Shown in pieces: positions 1-14,329 of a DNA stretch of 64,000 nt. Under the pieces are notes generated by a model that was not told the DNA's origin, did not search any database, and saw only the letters and a list, made by a program, of their open reading frames with translations. Numbering within the stretch: position 1 is the stretch's first letter; the number at the start of each line of letters is the position of its first letter. A program made the position numbers and the translations under genes. The DNA is from Podarcis filfolensis (taxonomy: Eukaryota): the NCBI GenBank assembly GCA_964270895.1, contig OZ185435.1; one strand, given 5' to 3'.

Positions 1-219
1 GAGTACTTTTGCCTGATTCTATGCAGGCATTTAATTTCAGGAGGCTTGGGCACATCTAAATCTGCATAGGGTTAGTTTGATTATATGTAAGATTATGTAC
101 TGCAGTGGTGCTTATTTGGGAATCAGAATTCTGGAACATTGTTTCTGCTCCTGCTAGTCTAATGCGTGAGATGCAGGAGAGCAAATGTGCTTATACATGC
201 AAATAAATATAGGCTATGT

Positions 220-530
220 CATGGGTAAGCAAACTAAGGCCCGGGGGAAAAGATCCGGCCCAATCGCCTTCTAAATCCGGCTTGCGAATCAGCATGTTTT
301 TACATGAGTAGAATGTGTCCTTTTATTTAAAATGCACCTCTGGGTTGTGGGGCCTGCCTGGTGTTTTTACATGCGTAGAATGTGTGCCTTAATGCATGAA
401 TCTGGGGGTTATTTGTGGGGCTTGAGAATTTGTTCATTCCCCCCCCCCCTGAAAAAAATATAGTCCGGCCCCCCACAAGGTCGGAGGGACAGTGGACCAG
501 CGCTCTGCTGAAAAAGTTTGCTGACCCCTG
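220..530. mobile_element. hAT (Charlie-like) non-autonomous DNA transposon
   Basis: Terminal inverted repeats (TIRs) CATGGGTAAGCAAACT / AGTTTGCTGACCCCTG (14/16). Flanks gctatgt / gctatgc look like a degenerate TSD. Confidence 0.75.
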
Positions 531-867
531 GCTATGCACACCTATAAAATACACACAAGCAGGAAGAAACAGACTTTGCAGCATAAGCATATCCCAACAT
601 TACAGATATATGCAAATGCGCTGTTCCAGATAGGGCTATGTGCTCCTCGAAGCAGTTTACTATAAGTGTAACTGTTCAGTGGAAAAGGAACTGCATGTTC
701 AAATACACGCTATGTACACATTTGACTTATTGTTTAAATTTAAACTAATATCCCATTAGTGTTTATTATGCTTCTATATTATAAAATATAAGTGATACTA
801 AGTATAATGTCCTGGTCAAAATAACAAAAACAAAGCAAAACAAAGCAAAACAACCACCACCACCCCT

Positions 868-1010
868 GATTTACCTTGGGTCAGTTGTACTCTCAGCCTA
901 AGCAACCTCACAATATTTGTGAAGGGGGGCCTGTGGAGAGGAGAGAAAATGTATACTACCTTGAACTTCTTGGAAGAAAGGCAGCATACAATAAATGAAA
1001 TAAATAAATC
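868..1010 (+). mobile_element. 5'-truncated tRNA-derived SINE (Squam3-like) 3' half
   Basis: ttgggtcagttgtactctcagcctaagcaacctcaca...gaggagag...aataaat tail; similar to the copy at 47548. Confidence 0.5.
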
Positions 1011-1772
1011 AAAATGACCACGAGGGTCGCCACTAAGAATCTCATTAGTTTTTTTTCATCCACTCTTTCTTAATCTTTAGGGAAAAGCACCATGTTTTGC
1101 TCACCACCAGAAGAAGATCCCCCTCTTTCCTATGTTTCCCCTTCTATTGAAAAGGGGCAAGGTATCAAATGCACACATAGGTTGGGAGTGCTGAAAATAT
1201 TCCTAGCCTTTCAAACCTAAAGAAAGCATGGTATCTGAAATATAAGCCATTTGTTATGATATCTGGATTAATGGACCTGATCCTGTGGAAGTGGGCATAT
1301 GGAGTGTTATAAACATACACATTCTTACCTAAGCCAAGCCACCTTCTCTGCATTCTGTATCTGACAAACAACAATGACCCTGCTCAGAAGTTTTTAAAGG
1401 CTATTTTGCTTTGAATCATAGACTCTCAAGCTGTTTCAAAACCAGTTTGCTATGCACCCATGCTCTATAGCAAGCTAGTTTTGAAACGCCCTTCAAAGTA
1501 AAGTATCAAACATTGGGCTAGAGTATTACAAGCTCCTTGCATAATTACCCTAAGCAGTACCTAGATTCCACTGAGTATTCCCCATTTCCAACTGAAAAAT
1601 CCATCCACCATGATACTCCTAGGCAACCTTCTGGAAAATTATATTTGTGCCAACAAAATGGCCTTCCTACTGCATACCAACTTGCTACAATGGAGACTGA
1701 CATAAAAAAAACACACGTAAAAATTAAATGAGACTTGCATCCCTTCTCTTTCACAACATAAAACAGGAAATG

Positions 1773-1811
<39 letters not shown>
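1773..1811. repeat. (CA)n microsatellite
   Basis: Direct reading of the sequence. Confidence 0.98.
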
Positions 1812-1812
<1 letters not shown>

Positions 1813-2574
1813 CCTATTCACAGCTTGTTTTCTTAAAAAAATATACCCAAATCAGTAGGCTCCCAACTGCATTTTGCTCTAAATATGTCACATCTACTTA
1901 TTTAAATAGGAGATTCTTAATCACATGCTGGGACCTTACCACTGAAACCAATTAGAGTTAAACTGCAAACTTATTAGTCTCTGGGACAGCATTCCATGGG
2001 GCCGTAGGACACTGTGGATTTCTCCCTCTGTGGATGGAAAGCCCTGAGTTGAGCAGAAGGCTTGCCCCAGAGATATCCTCCAGCTCTTGCAACTGTCCCT
2101 CCATCATCACTAGTACGCTGAGAATGGAGAGGGCAAAATGAATGCATTACTGGAGTGGGTAAGGGAAGGCTTTTAATCTGCTCATTCCAAAGCTCCTTCC
2201 TTCTCCCAAGCACACCCCCAGAAGAGAGGGACCCTGGAACAGGTTTACTTCCTTTCCCATCCATTGGGAGCAATACAAAAACTGTAAACAACAACACAGA
2301 AACCACAAAGCTGATGGAAGGAAAAAAAGAAAAAATGTGGACCTACCTTCTGCTCTGTTGCCACAAGCTCACCTTGGCTTTGGACTGGGTGATTTGTCTG
2401 CCTTTAATTCTCCCCCCTTTTCGATAGCTCTGTAACTTGCAAATATATTTATTTAAAAGACGCACCTGTTGCCTTTTAGGGCACTATTCTCCAAACCTAC
2501 TTCAATGCTATATTAAAATACAAAATTTTAAAGTATATATATTCAAATAATAGGTTAGTAAAATAAATGTGGTT

Positions 2575-2874
2575 TTTATTTTTAAAAAACCAGATTCCTT
2601 TATAATTTATCGTTTGATAACTTTATAAAAATTGTTCCCTGACTTGTCAAACAACTGCCACTAGGAGTCAGCGTATCTATCTGTAAAGAGCTTGAGTTTG
2701 ATACGTAACAGCGACGTGTACACTGTTAAATTAAGATCTGCATAAAAGTACAGAAATTATATCCCTACGTACTGAACAGATGTTGTACATATTTGTTATT
2801 GGGAAACAACTGAAACACAATTTTATTTGAATTTTTTATTTCATTTTGGTGACTCATCAAGTCACAGCTTTATT
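2575..2874 (-). terminator. Cluster of AATAAA polyadenylation signals
   Basis: + strand TTTATT at 2575-2580, 2822-2827, 2835-2840 and 2869-2874. U-rich sequence lies downstream of the distal signal. Confidence 0.55.
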
Positions 2875-3616
2875 AGAGAGGGCTGCAAAATAATGTTTTG
2901 ATTTTTTTTTCAACATTTAGCAATTTAATTTTTTGTTAAGCTGTGCACTGATGGACTTCTTGATCCAGAATACAAGGCACTGTAACTACAATACATGGAT
3001 GTTGAAATAGTATTTCTCATCAAAAGATCAACAGTTTGTAACATGATTTGTACAAGTCAGGTTCAAAGTGTCCGAGGCCCGCACTTCATCCTTGTATGTA
3101 CTGCGTTCTGATGTACAATTTCAGTATACAACTCATGGTCAGTGCTGGTACTGTTCTTGAGTATTATCCTGTTGATGCAAGTCTTCACTCTGTGCTGTAA
3201 GGTGGCCAATGCAATATGTTTGAAATTAACCAGTTTCCTGAATGAAAAAGCTTTAACAAAGATGTGTAAATTACTACCTGGAACCAGACCCAGCACTCGT
3301 AATTCCATAGCATGGTGCGAGGCTAGTTTTATTATTATTATTATTACAAAATAATAATGTGTGCAGGTATAACCGTATCTATAGCTAGATAAAGATATCC
3401 ATGTATCTTGGCAGTTAGAATAACTGAATACAATTAACACTGAAGAAAACAAAGCTACAGAATCCTTTGAATATCAGACACAATGGACATAGACCAGAAA
3501 CCCATGCATGGGAGAAAACTAAACCTCTAAACAAAGCCAAATCCCATCTATTATGGAACATAAATTTCATAACTGCATTAAGGCATTTTCTTCCATGAAT
3601 CTTCAGAATTTAAAGC

Positions 3617-3752
3617 AAGGGCAGGAAACCTGTGGCCTCCCAAGTGTTTTTGTCCTCAAACTTCCACCAGCCCCACCTTGCATGGGCCACGGTCAAGGAT
3701 GATGAGAAGTGGCCTTCAGCATCTTTTGGAGGGCCTCAGGTTCCCCACATCT
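3617..3752. mobile_element. Degenerate short hAT-type MITE inside the putative 3'UTR
   Basis: gggcaggaaacctgtggcc...gggcctcaggttccccacatctg imperfect inverted ends. A related fragment lies at ~15985-16078. Confidence 0.55.
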
Positions 3753-6700
3753 GACTTAAAGGAAAAAAAGGTGAGGGGAATCAGATGAAGAAACAGAAAG
3801 CTTAGAATATTCAACATTCTTCCCATGATAAGGGAAATGCAATCCTTCCATAGGAATTGATGAACTCCAATTGCAGAATACGAGTGATGGAAGCATAACG
3901 CACTTACACCTGAACTGCGTTAGGAAATAAGCTTCTGTTTCCCGATTCCCCTTTCTGACTATAATTCTCTATATGCAAACGGTTGCTGGACAAAAGGGGA
4001 GTGGGAAAGGCCTTTATTTAGCTTCACATTTAGTAAAATGCCTTCATGCAGCGCACAGTTAAACTTTGGAATACTCTCGCGCAGGAGGCTGCAACAGCCA
4101 CCAACTTGAATGGCTTTTAAAGAGGATCAGGCAAACGGTAAAGGAGATATGCTTGGAATAAAGGCGTCAAAATGGTCTGCTGTTAAATCTCTCGTCCAAT
4201 AGGGCAGGCAGTCCCTTCCTCCTCCACACGGTCAGCACGCTGAGAGGGAAGAGCAATGGCGGTGCTACTTATTTGCAGCCCAGTGAGGGACGTGAGAATC
4301 TTTGAGTCACAGCCCTTGCGTCTCTTTCGTAAGGTGCCTTAACATGGGGGCTTTCTACTAAACTATAATGATTTAACATCTGAAATGACAACTAATTGTC
4401 CTTTGGGAAGCTCAGAAAACTGAAATCACTACAATCGGGGGGGGGGAAGATTGCTAAAACATCCATCAAAGCAAGAACTCAAACCACCCTTACATAAACG
4501 TGTGTTCTCTCATATTTCTACAACTCACATTTCTCATCTGAAATTCGGATTTGGAATCCACAATAATGATAAGTAGTCAGATATCTTGTGGGAGCTAAAT
4601 TAAAGGTAACTGGAACAGTTTTTAAAAAAGAAATATTAAACAGCAAGTTTTGGCAACTCTTTTCAAAAACAAAAGATTCAGACTGCTCTTACTGTTTGTA
4701 ATCAGAACCACAACCTTAGTGCAATATTATATTTATTTCTTACAGTAATTTTGGTTGCCATACAAGAGTAGTAAGGATTAGGGAAAGTGCAAGTTACAGG
4801 AGCTTGATTTTGTTGTCATCAATTTGAAATAAGAGGAATTAAAGCACAAAAATTACAGCAACAAAGATAACATGAACACAAGTTGTTACACAAACTATAG
4901 CGAGAAACATTACTATCTAGAAAATAAAATAAATGTAATGGAAAAATTATCAGTATTAGAGGCTCATACACAGAGTCATTGCCAGATCAACTGGGTAATG
5001 CTTGTTTGTAAAGGAACTCAGAATCAGAAAATCACTTTTATTAACTTAGGTACCACAAATAGTTAGCTTTTGTGATATGTAAATTCTGTAAATCAACAGT
5101 CACATATAGTCATTTTATAATATATGAATTAAAACTTAAAATGTTCCCAGACACCCAGGGAATAGAGTCTGTGCAGTTATACACAATTTACATCTTGTGT
5201 GATTTTGGTATTGTATACACAAATATTACAGAAACTAGGCATGTAAATGCAATTTATTTAAATTACAGTATATAAACAAAAGTTGTTCCTAAAACCTGGA
5301 ATATCATTAACAAGATTATCTCTAACACCTTATTTTGCACCATCATAGTAGCAGGAGATTAGAAGGGCCATTCCTGCTCCCAACATTTTCAAAACTGATA
5401 AAAATGCTAGGAGGCAACTGTATCTGTTACTATTGCTTTCTGTGATAAAACCATCAAACAGTACCAAAGACTACTTCCTCTTGGCAAAGGTGTATTTTAT
5501 TGATAAAAGCAGTTCCTTGTAGGCCCTATTACTCTTTCAATCATAAGACACAATGTAAAAATAAACTATTTCATTAGCTCTTTGATGTTTAAATCTCTTT
5601 TCTACTAATTCTATTGTACCTACTATATAAGTGCCTGAAAGAGATACGTATCTAAGAGACCCCTTTTAAGAAAGGGATTACCATCACTTGTAACTTCGGT
5701 GTACACCACCATAAGATATTCAACAGTAAAAGGGTATGATTAACAGCAGCTTAGAAATAATTCTCTCTATTTTCTTTTCCTACCATGTGTCCTCTTGTAT
5801 TTCCTGGCACATATTGTAGAGGTAACACCAACTGCATTCAAAGAAGCAAAAAGGAGCATGGCGTTCGTGGTTTATTTACTGAATTCTGCAATATCACCAA
5901 ATGGAAGACAATGATGGCTGAATTATCATTTCCTTTTTTACACCCCCACCACCACAAAAAAAATATTTGATGGCTTTTTGTAGCCATTGAATATATGAAT
6001 GTCATCCTCTACATAATCCATATAATTATGGAAATTTCAGGACTTTTGCATTTAAACTAGATTTTAATTATAAGGTTACTTGGAACTTTCAAATGCAAAT
6101 AGGAACCTGTGAAGGATACAACAACAGATGTTAAGTCAAAAGACCAGTTTTTGCAGAAAGTGAAGTGGGGGGAGAAGAGAGAGATGAATATTAGTTTTCA
6201 TAATTAACCACTGCATTGTTAATTGTAACCATGTTTGAAGAAACACTCATCTTCTGAAGAAGTTCTAGCAAAGATAGAAAATATAACACAGCTCTGCTGG
6301 TTCAGATGCATCCAAATGAGGTTGATTTAAAAAGGTCAAGACTTAATAATTATTCCACAGAAATAGTAGTAAACCACAAAAGTTTTATTTTATTTTTTTA
6401 AATTTCTAGCATTGAAGTGGCACAAAGGCTGCCCAGTAGACCAGCCACTTATATTCTTAAAATATTGTGCTTATAAACTATCTGTACAACTATTTAAACT
6501 TGCAGTAAAGAAAGATATTGAAATTGCTAAATTTTATGTACTAGTTCTAGACCTAATTAGACACTTCGTTGTGAGAAAATATAATTAGAGATAGGCTGGG
6601 ACATATTAAGGAAAGAATTTAGATGCCTTCCAAAAATATGAGGCCTTCTGAAAGTTAAGTAGTTTGATGACTGAGTAACCACATATGATTTAACCTTCTG

Positions 6701-8532
6701 TTATAGGCTGAAGTCTTCAGGAAGGCGGGAACCACAAAATTCATAATGTGTATTACTTACAGTGGGAGAGAGAATAAGCTGGGAGAATACTGCTAATCTC
6801 CATAGGTTACGAAATCTAAATATATATCCCACAATAAAGACTACCATTCTAAGTATGCATTCCAACCAATTCATAGCCATTTCATTGGTTTCAACTCAAT
6901 GTTAAATAAACTCAACCCAGGTTGTGAGCACAAATGTATTCTCCTGCAATGCTGGTCTAGTTCATGCAGCAATGCAGAAGCGAACTTTGGGATTTTTGAT
7001 TTTCAGTCAAACTGAAGCAGGTGTGCCAACTTTAGGCGGCTGAAGTGTCACCCTGAATATTTGTTGGAATGGGGTTGGGCCCTCTCAATGTTGAGGGGGT
7101 CGCATGTTGCAGTATCAGTGGGTGGCTCCTCCACAGCACTCGTGACACGACGTGTGTGTGCCACGCAAGACAACACACGTGTACAAAGCATGCCAGAACC
7201 CCTCAGTCTGGTGGGCAACCTGGCGCCTCTGAACTGAAGCTAACTTGAATTTTTAGAAATTGTTCCTTGCATCTATAATAGGTGCCCACCAGGTTTCTGA
7301 AAAAAAAAAACCTGCATCTTGCTTATAGTTTCAGTTTCTGCAGGCAATCGCTTTTAGATTTTCCTCTTCCTGGTGCCATAAAAGACTAATGCCAACACAT
7401 AAAGATACACTTCTGCATGTAAAAACAGGCTTTGTGCCACGTGGATTCAGCAAGAGCAGAAAGATGATCTTTTGAGATGGAAAATCCCACCCTATGCACA
7501 GTTGTGAACATAGCTTGTGCAAAAGTTTGTGCATTCACATGCAGAACTGTAGAAACAATATATATTGTTCTTTTATTTATACTTTGGATCATAGCAGTAA
7601 TTGAGTCCCTCACCACACGTGATCACTTTGACACAGCAAAAGCAATCGGTGCATAAAAATACTTTTCTTTGCATGGACAGCTCATTCAGATCTGAATCTG
7701 TGTGGGAGGGCAAAAATTAATGAAAGTTATGTAACTAGTTACAAAGGATGACAAGAACTAAATTCATTAGAGATAAACCAAGGAATGTAATAAACAAGCC
7801 AAAAGGATGTCAGAAAGTTGTTTGTTTTTTTTGAAATCTCTGCTTCTACAACCCCACGAATGTATTGATTTTTAATTAAAACCAGTAAATGTGCTATGAA
7901 AAAATGTGAATGTTAGTATGGTGTCTAATTGGCAGAAGTGAGAATCAAAACAGGAGGACCTACAGGAGCCATGGAACTGAGTGCAATGGGCATGTGGAAT
8001 GACTGGGGGGGGGGGGAGAGCAGAAATTGCAAAAAGAGCTAGACATAATACTTTATTGTGAAAGGAGAAACACCAATATGTTTCAAACCAAAAAGAAACT
8101 GGCACAGTATTGTTCAGGCAGAAGGGCATTTCTGAAGGGCAGGAAAACAATTCATGAATACCAAAGGATGAATGTTATTCCCATGCCCCATAAATAAAAA
8201 TACTGTAATAATTTTAGAAATAATTTCAGTAAGACCAGAGCTTACACACACACATATATTTTTTTTTTAAAATTAGCATTTTCCCCCTTTCCTTATTCTC
8301 TCCCCTTCCTTCCTTCCTCTTTGAAATATATAGTCCCTTTAATAACGTACAATTACTTGGGGCTGCTCCCGGGCACCAAACTTACAATCTACACTCTTGC
8401 ATATCAAAAACTATAGCAACCAACTGATGCTTCAATTTAGTGGTACTCTTGGGGAGCCAAGGCATTTGGGGTGTTTCAGTACCAGCCCATCTCTATTTAT
8501 AACAAAGGTATGTGAGGCAAGCGCAGCCATTC

Positions 8533-9106
8533 TTATCTGTCCAGTAGCTGTTTCAAGGCTCTTTCTATGTTCATTCTGTGACCAACTCTAGTCACTCCAA
8601 GGTCTATCAAGTCTTCCTTCTGAAGGTTTGGTAAGTGAGTGCCATCTATTTCATTATCCATAAAGGTCTCTTTATGTTCACCTAAGTTTAAACTCTCCAA
8701 CCAATCTGCCACATCTGGCTTGGTCCACAGGTGGACAGGCTTAGTTGTAAAAGGCTTATTTGATATTGGCTGTTGCAAGATTGAGGGAGAAGGAGACCTG
8801 CTGCGCCCTGTGTTCAAAGCGAAGAGGTCCCCCGAAGGAGGCTGGCTGGGTAGGCTAAAAACATCAGAAAGTGTTGGAGAAGGAGATGCAACTGGAGCAG
8901 CAGCAGTCAGAGGAGCTGGCATGATGTCCTTACTTATTTCTGTTGGTGAAACCACTGGGCTTGGAGCATGTCTTGCTCCTGGTGTCCTACTATCATAGTC
9001 TGGGGATCTGCTCTGCAGTGTGATTGGCTGGCTAGTCCCAGGCCGGACAGTAAAAGTGATGGTTGAACTTCGAGTACCTGAGACAGTGCTCATGACTTCT
9101 GTGCCC
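8533..9106 (-). CDS. SHANK2: SHANK2 last coding exon, SAM domain (...WTKPDVADWLESLNLGEHKETFMDNEIDGTHLPNLQKEDLIDLGVTRVGHRMNIERALKQLLDR*)
   Basis: tatttcag|G GGC ACA GAA...AGA TAA; the phase-2 join with the upstream exon gives R-G-T-E-V-M. Canonical Shank SAM C-terminus. Confidence 0.98.
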
Positions 9107-9690
9107 CTGAAATAAACAAATAAAAATGAACAGGAAATATTCAGACTATCCACGCATTAAAAATACAAACCAGCTCATTGCTAACTTATGACACGATTAC
9201 GTATTAAAGATATATATAAATGCCAAAGAGATACCATACGACTTTATGAAAACAATAGTGGCAGAAAACTATGAGCAAGCTTTACAAATATTTTAAAAGT
9301 CAAAGACAATGTCAAATATGCTGCTAAAAATTAACTCTAGCCATTGAATCATTGCCCCAAAGAGCATTATGGTAGCAGAAGGTGTTTAATTGTGGTGAAT
9401 CTCACAAGAGAGTTCCAAAACTGGACAAAACAACCAAGGATGCTTCTCTGTGTCATTGTTCTAATTTGTTGCACAGATGATGCACTAAGGAAATTACATC
9501 TAAGAGATCACAGCAGGGTACAGAAGAGGAGGCAGTTCCCAAGGTAAGTTATATGCTGAAACCAGTCTTGCTAAGCATAGGCCAGAATCCTAGAAGAACC
9601 CAGTTCTGATGCTTGGGAACTTTACCTTCAGGAGGCAGGCCATTGTGTTTTGAACTAGCTGAATGCTCTTAGTACAGTGACCTGGATCAC

Positions 9691-10064
9691 CAGGGGTAGT
9701 TCTACGCATTGGCAGAGCAAGCCAATTGGGTGCCTGGGGTGGCATGCGTGCCCTGCACCCAGGGGCAGAGCCAGCCGCCTACGGACAGGGCGAGCCAGGG
9801 CAGGATGCTCTGTGGGGCCTCCGAGGAATCTGCCTGCCTCCTCCCACTTGGCCGCCCTACAGCTGAGGGGGAGGTAGCGGGTGGACTGTTTGGGGCAGCG
9901 AGGAGCCTGCAGGCGCCCAAGCCACCGCGTCATTCCCAGACGAGATGCGTGGCTCGGGCGTGCTGCAGGCCCTGTGGTGAGTGCTGCCCGGCATTTTGTT
10001 GCCCCCCTTAGTGGTGCCACCTGGGGTGACCCACCCCCAGCACACACCCCTTCCTCTGCCCCTG
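9691..10064. mobile_element. GC-rich hAT-like MITE
   Basis: Ends CAGGGGTAG... / ...CTCTGCCCCTG; GC island in an AT-rich intron; end resembles the 26742 element. No TSD found. Confidence 0.5.
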
Positions 10065-13000
10065 GTCCTATGTACAGTATATTAAGAGTCCAGAGGTGGT
10101 TCAGATATTTGCATACCCACATAGTAAGTCAAATAAAAGAGAGCTGAAATCTCCAAAAAAAATCCAGAGGAAATACATTTTGCACCCAGTGAATCAAATT
10201 TGGTGAACAGAAACTGCACTCAAAAACACATTGTGAGAGAGTTTTATCTTGGAGATGGTCTTGTTGACATGCTTTGGTTCCTGACAAGTAAGCCTAAGGT
10301 CTATGCTTAGGCAGCGTAGAAAGCAAGAGGGGTTTATCAATAGGTAACTAAAGGGTAAAGACACACATATGTATCATTTGCTCTGAAGATCTGCCTGCTT
10401 GTTTTAATGTTATGATCAGGGCTGGCTCTAGACACATCAAAGAAGCATTTCAGCTTATAGCGTTGTAAATTTAAACAGGGAAAACAAGTAGAGAAAAATG
10501 GGACTCCACATCGCTATCTGGTGACACAATGTTATATCGCACATACAACACATATAAATCGCTTTTTCTTTACCAGTCTAGCGGAGTCCTGGGACTAAGA
10601 GTAAATGAATGTGTATGGACTATAGATTTTTATTCATCCTTACTTTTGGCATTTCTGATGCATCCTCTTTTATTAATATACAAAATAATGCATTTTGATT
10701 TTTTTAAAGGCTAAAAATAAGAGCAGTCCCTGTTTTTATTTGCCAAAGCAAGGTTGTATTACAGATCCAGCTCAAAGCAAGATTGTATTACAGATCCAGC
10801 TCATCTGAAGGCTCTTTTTCACCTGGGGAAATCTGAAGCTAGTAACACTGCTAGCCTCCCACGTTCAAAGGAAGAAAGTTTATCATTCAGGTAGGAGGTC
10901 TCTGATCTCTGACAATTATATGAATCTAGCCTTGAGGTCATGAAGCATAAATAATTGGTAACGAAAACAAAACTGAAATAACAGGTTGCAGTAAACTTGG
11001 CAAAGAGGACTTCTAGCTACAACTGTAATTGGGGCATCAAGATGGAGCAACAGATCCAAGGAAGTCTTAGCAATGCAAGCCTGACTAATCAGAAGGGATA
11101 TAACAGGTGTTAGTGTCCACTCCAAGTCACAGCACATGCACATTTTCAATATCTCAGACTTGCTTTTATTCAGCTTCTATCCACTCAGCTGCACTCGTTG
11201 CCCTTCCTTCCACAACTCCCAATCCATCTTTAATCTGTTTTTGATTTGAGTGAGAATTGTGCCTTTCTGGTGCTTTTAAAGATTGTTGTGTGAATAACTT
11301 TTAAGTATAAAAAAATATAGGCTTGGATCTAAATAGGTACTTCAGGTATGTCAAGTGATATTTTTTACTTTTTTCCTTCATACAGCAGAGACACATATCA
11401 CATTACAAACTACTTCTGAATGCCCCTTCGTTTTCAAAATACGTTTGGCATGCAACGGGTAAAAAAACACAAGCACAAACTCACTTGAATATGTAAAACA
11501 AGTTGCATAGTTCTTGGGATTTGGGCCATAATCTGTACATTTTAAATTATCAACACAGAGTTGATTAGTTGTATTCTAATATTATTTTCAGTTAAAAACA
11601 AATTCAACTTCTACACCAAATGATGAATGAGACCTCAGGTGTCAAAATGTCTTGGGCCAGCCTTGGTCACAGTTTATCTCCCCCAGACAAACCATGTGTG
11701 GTAAACCATATAATTCTTTGCTAGCAGATCACACTTTGTCTGGAATGAGATAAAGTTTGGCTTAGCATTATGCAGATCAATGGATGGAAACAAGTCTTGC
11801 CTACCCCAGGTTTGCATGCTTCCCCCTTCCCTCTCTGGTGTGGTCATAAAAGGGAGTTCAGAAGTTCATTTGTGGCACAACCTACATAGTAGTAGTACAA
11901 CTAATGTATGGGACATCAGAAATGTCAAATTCTTATACAGAGAAGCAGAAGGAGTGATTTAAAGTGCAGCATGGATGGGCTAGTATTAATAGCTCTCTGT
12001 ATGGATAAAGGCAATCTTCCCAACATGGCAGTAAAGAATTAGCAAGAATGCAAAAAAAAGTTATTTGTAACCAAAGAAAAGGTTTTCTAATGTCAGTATT
12101 CGATTTCTGCAGAAATGACTGTAAATTACAGTGGGTAAAAAATAATTTAAAAATTACTGTGGATTCTAGAATGTTGGTGCTTAGAGCTTGTCCACACTTC
12201 CGATTTCCCCGTCACTTTCCCCTGGGAAAACCCATGGTTTAATGCTGAACTGGAACAAGTGGCAACTGGGCTTTCTGCAGATTGCCATGTGTTCCAATTC
12301 AGTAGTAAACTGTTTGTTTTTCCAGGGCAAGAGAAAAACCTCTGGGTCCTGTGCTTTCTAGGCATGGGACAAGCAGAATTGTGGACAAGCCTTCAGTCTC
12401 TAACATCTTGTTTTATATTCTTAGCAGATTGTTATCTCAGAGAATACAAAGACTAAGGAGAAGGGTCAAAATGTGCACAGCACATGCAGGCTCCTTTCTT
12501 CCTTTCTGTGCATTGCTTCTGGCCTTATCACATACCAAACTGCATGTCTATAGTGACAACATGCCTTTGATGGCATGCTAATAAACAGGCCAATGGGGTC
12601 TGGGTTGGTTTGTACCACATTCTCTGGCACAAAGAAAAACATGTCTCAGACTTTAAAATGTACCCTGAGAAGACTTTGCCCATGAAGCTATTTAGGTGAA
12701 TGGGAGGAAGAAGACAACTCGGAAGTATTTAATGCTGCACTTTCCACTGCCAAGTTGGAAACATCTGTTAAGTTTAAAAAGTAGCTTCTCTCTTTGACAG
12801 AAGTGCTGCAGGAAAAACGTCAAATACAAATCACCAGCACTTACAATTCCCAGCATGTCTAAATAGTTTCTTTGAATTTGTGGTAATTATTTTACAATCA
12901 CAGTGAGAGAAACATTGGTCAAAGGTTATTGATTTGTAATTCAAACACAAAGGACCTGAAAATTTACCCAAAATAATGATTTATATTAAAAAATTACATT

Positions 13001-13572
13001 AAATGACATCCAGACTAAAGCTGTGCATTTTATTTAACATAGAACAGTTAGGGATTTTAAAAAAATCTTTCAGAAATTAAAAAAATACTAAATTGAGCTG
13101 CTTAAAATATTGATTGTCAGAAGCGGGGAAAGAGTTTCTTCTAGAAATATCAAACACATCCACATCCATAGCTGTGTGAAATAAAGTATTTGTTAGCAAC
13201 TTCGGACTATACCCTTTTCTGTAAATTGTCAATAAGCGGTTATTAGACTAGAGACAATTCTTTCCAACCAAATTTACTTTTCTAATATGGCTTTTTATAT
13301 TGTCAGGAATATATATATATATGAAAAGCTGGCTCTATTAGGAATAAGCATACAGTGATATTTTGTTGCAAATATTCACTTCCTTTGATTCCTCTGATTG
13401 CAATACACATTATGTTGTCTTAGATTATTTCACAATATGTAATTACTGTGTCACATCACTGAATTTTCCCAGGAAAAGCAGTCTGTAGGCATGAATTCCT
13501 ATTAAGTTATTTTGAGCCATTTTAATAGGATTTAAATATAGTACTACATTTTAAACAAACGTTTACTAGCAG

Positions 13573-13849
13573 TAGGACTGGGCGATATATCAACATGCCC
13601 CAAACCAGTTTGAAATCCATATAGTGATATCAGTTTCATAATTTTTGACCTGGCAATGTATCGTGAATCACAATATGTGTGTGTGCGCATGCATGCTATG
13701 AAAAAATTACAGAATGGGAAAAACCGTGATGCCAGCCAATGCCTCTACATAGCTCCATCCTTGTTTCAGACATTGTGATATATCAGTATATTGTGATGTT
13801 TAGCTGGTGATATATCATGATGTTGAAAACCAGACATTGCCCAGCCCTA
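13573..13849. mobile_element. hAT MITE (TAGGGCTGGGCGAT type)
   Basis: TIRs TAGGACTGGGCGAT / ATTGCCCAGCCCTA; perfect 8-bp TSD ACTAGCAG at 13565-13572 and 13850-13857. Confidence 0.9.
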
Positions 13850-14329
13850 ACTAGCAGAAAGCTTCAATATACAAGGTGGTTTTTTTCCTGCTACAAAGAA
13901 CTACATGGACACAAGAGTCATTTATATGCCAAACTGTTGCCCAAACATCTTTTTAAGATGTACAATGTGATCCTATGTATGTTTACTCATAAGAAAGTTC
14001 TCATGAATTCAATGGAATTTGCTATTTAGCAAGTGAACTAAGGACCACAGGATGTAGAGCCAAACTGTACATGATGTTCATCTTTATTTTAATATGCATT
14101 TTAAATAATTCAAATAATAGCCACCTGGTGTGGGGCTTATAATGATCAAGATTGCAGCAGTCAGTGGGTGGGGAGAGTGAGAGATTAAATCATTATTTCC
14201 CTGCTGGAGTCATGACCAAAATAAGACATTTGAAGCGGCTGTTTGCATTGGGAGGAAATCCTGAATTTGTGTTGAAGGTCTCTTCCCCCAACTTCTGCAA
14301 TCAGTCCCCTTTCAAGTGGCTGTCATTTT

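Larger units (their letters stand above)
2555..8532 (-). other. SHANK2: Probable long SHANK2 3'UTR (~6 kb)
   Basis: Follows the stop codon, is repeat-poor, and ends at a cluster of AATAAA signals. The 3' end is inferred, not observed. Confidence 0.6.

Noticed and set aside
1974-2306. 110-aa ORF with a signal-peptide-like start
   Set aside because: It starts at GTG, shows no recognisable homology and has no supporting splice structure.
7018-7222. Possible MITE (CAGGTGTGCCAAC...GTGGGCAACCTG) in the 3'UTR
   Set aside because: The TIR is weak and there is no TSD.
9655-10147. Six overlapping ORFs that look like a gene or CpG-island promoter
   Set aside because: They are explained by a GC-rich MITE, where stop codons are rare.
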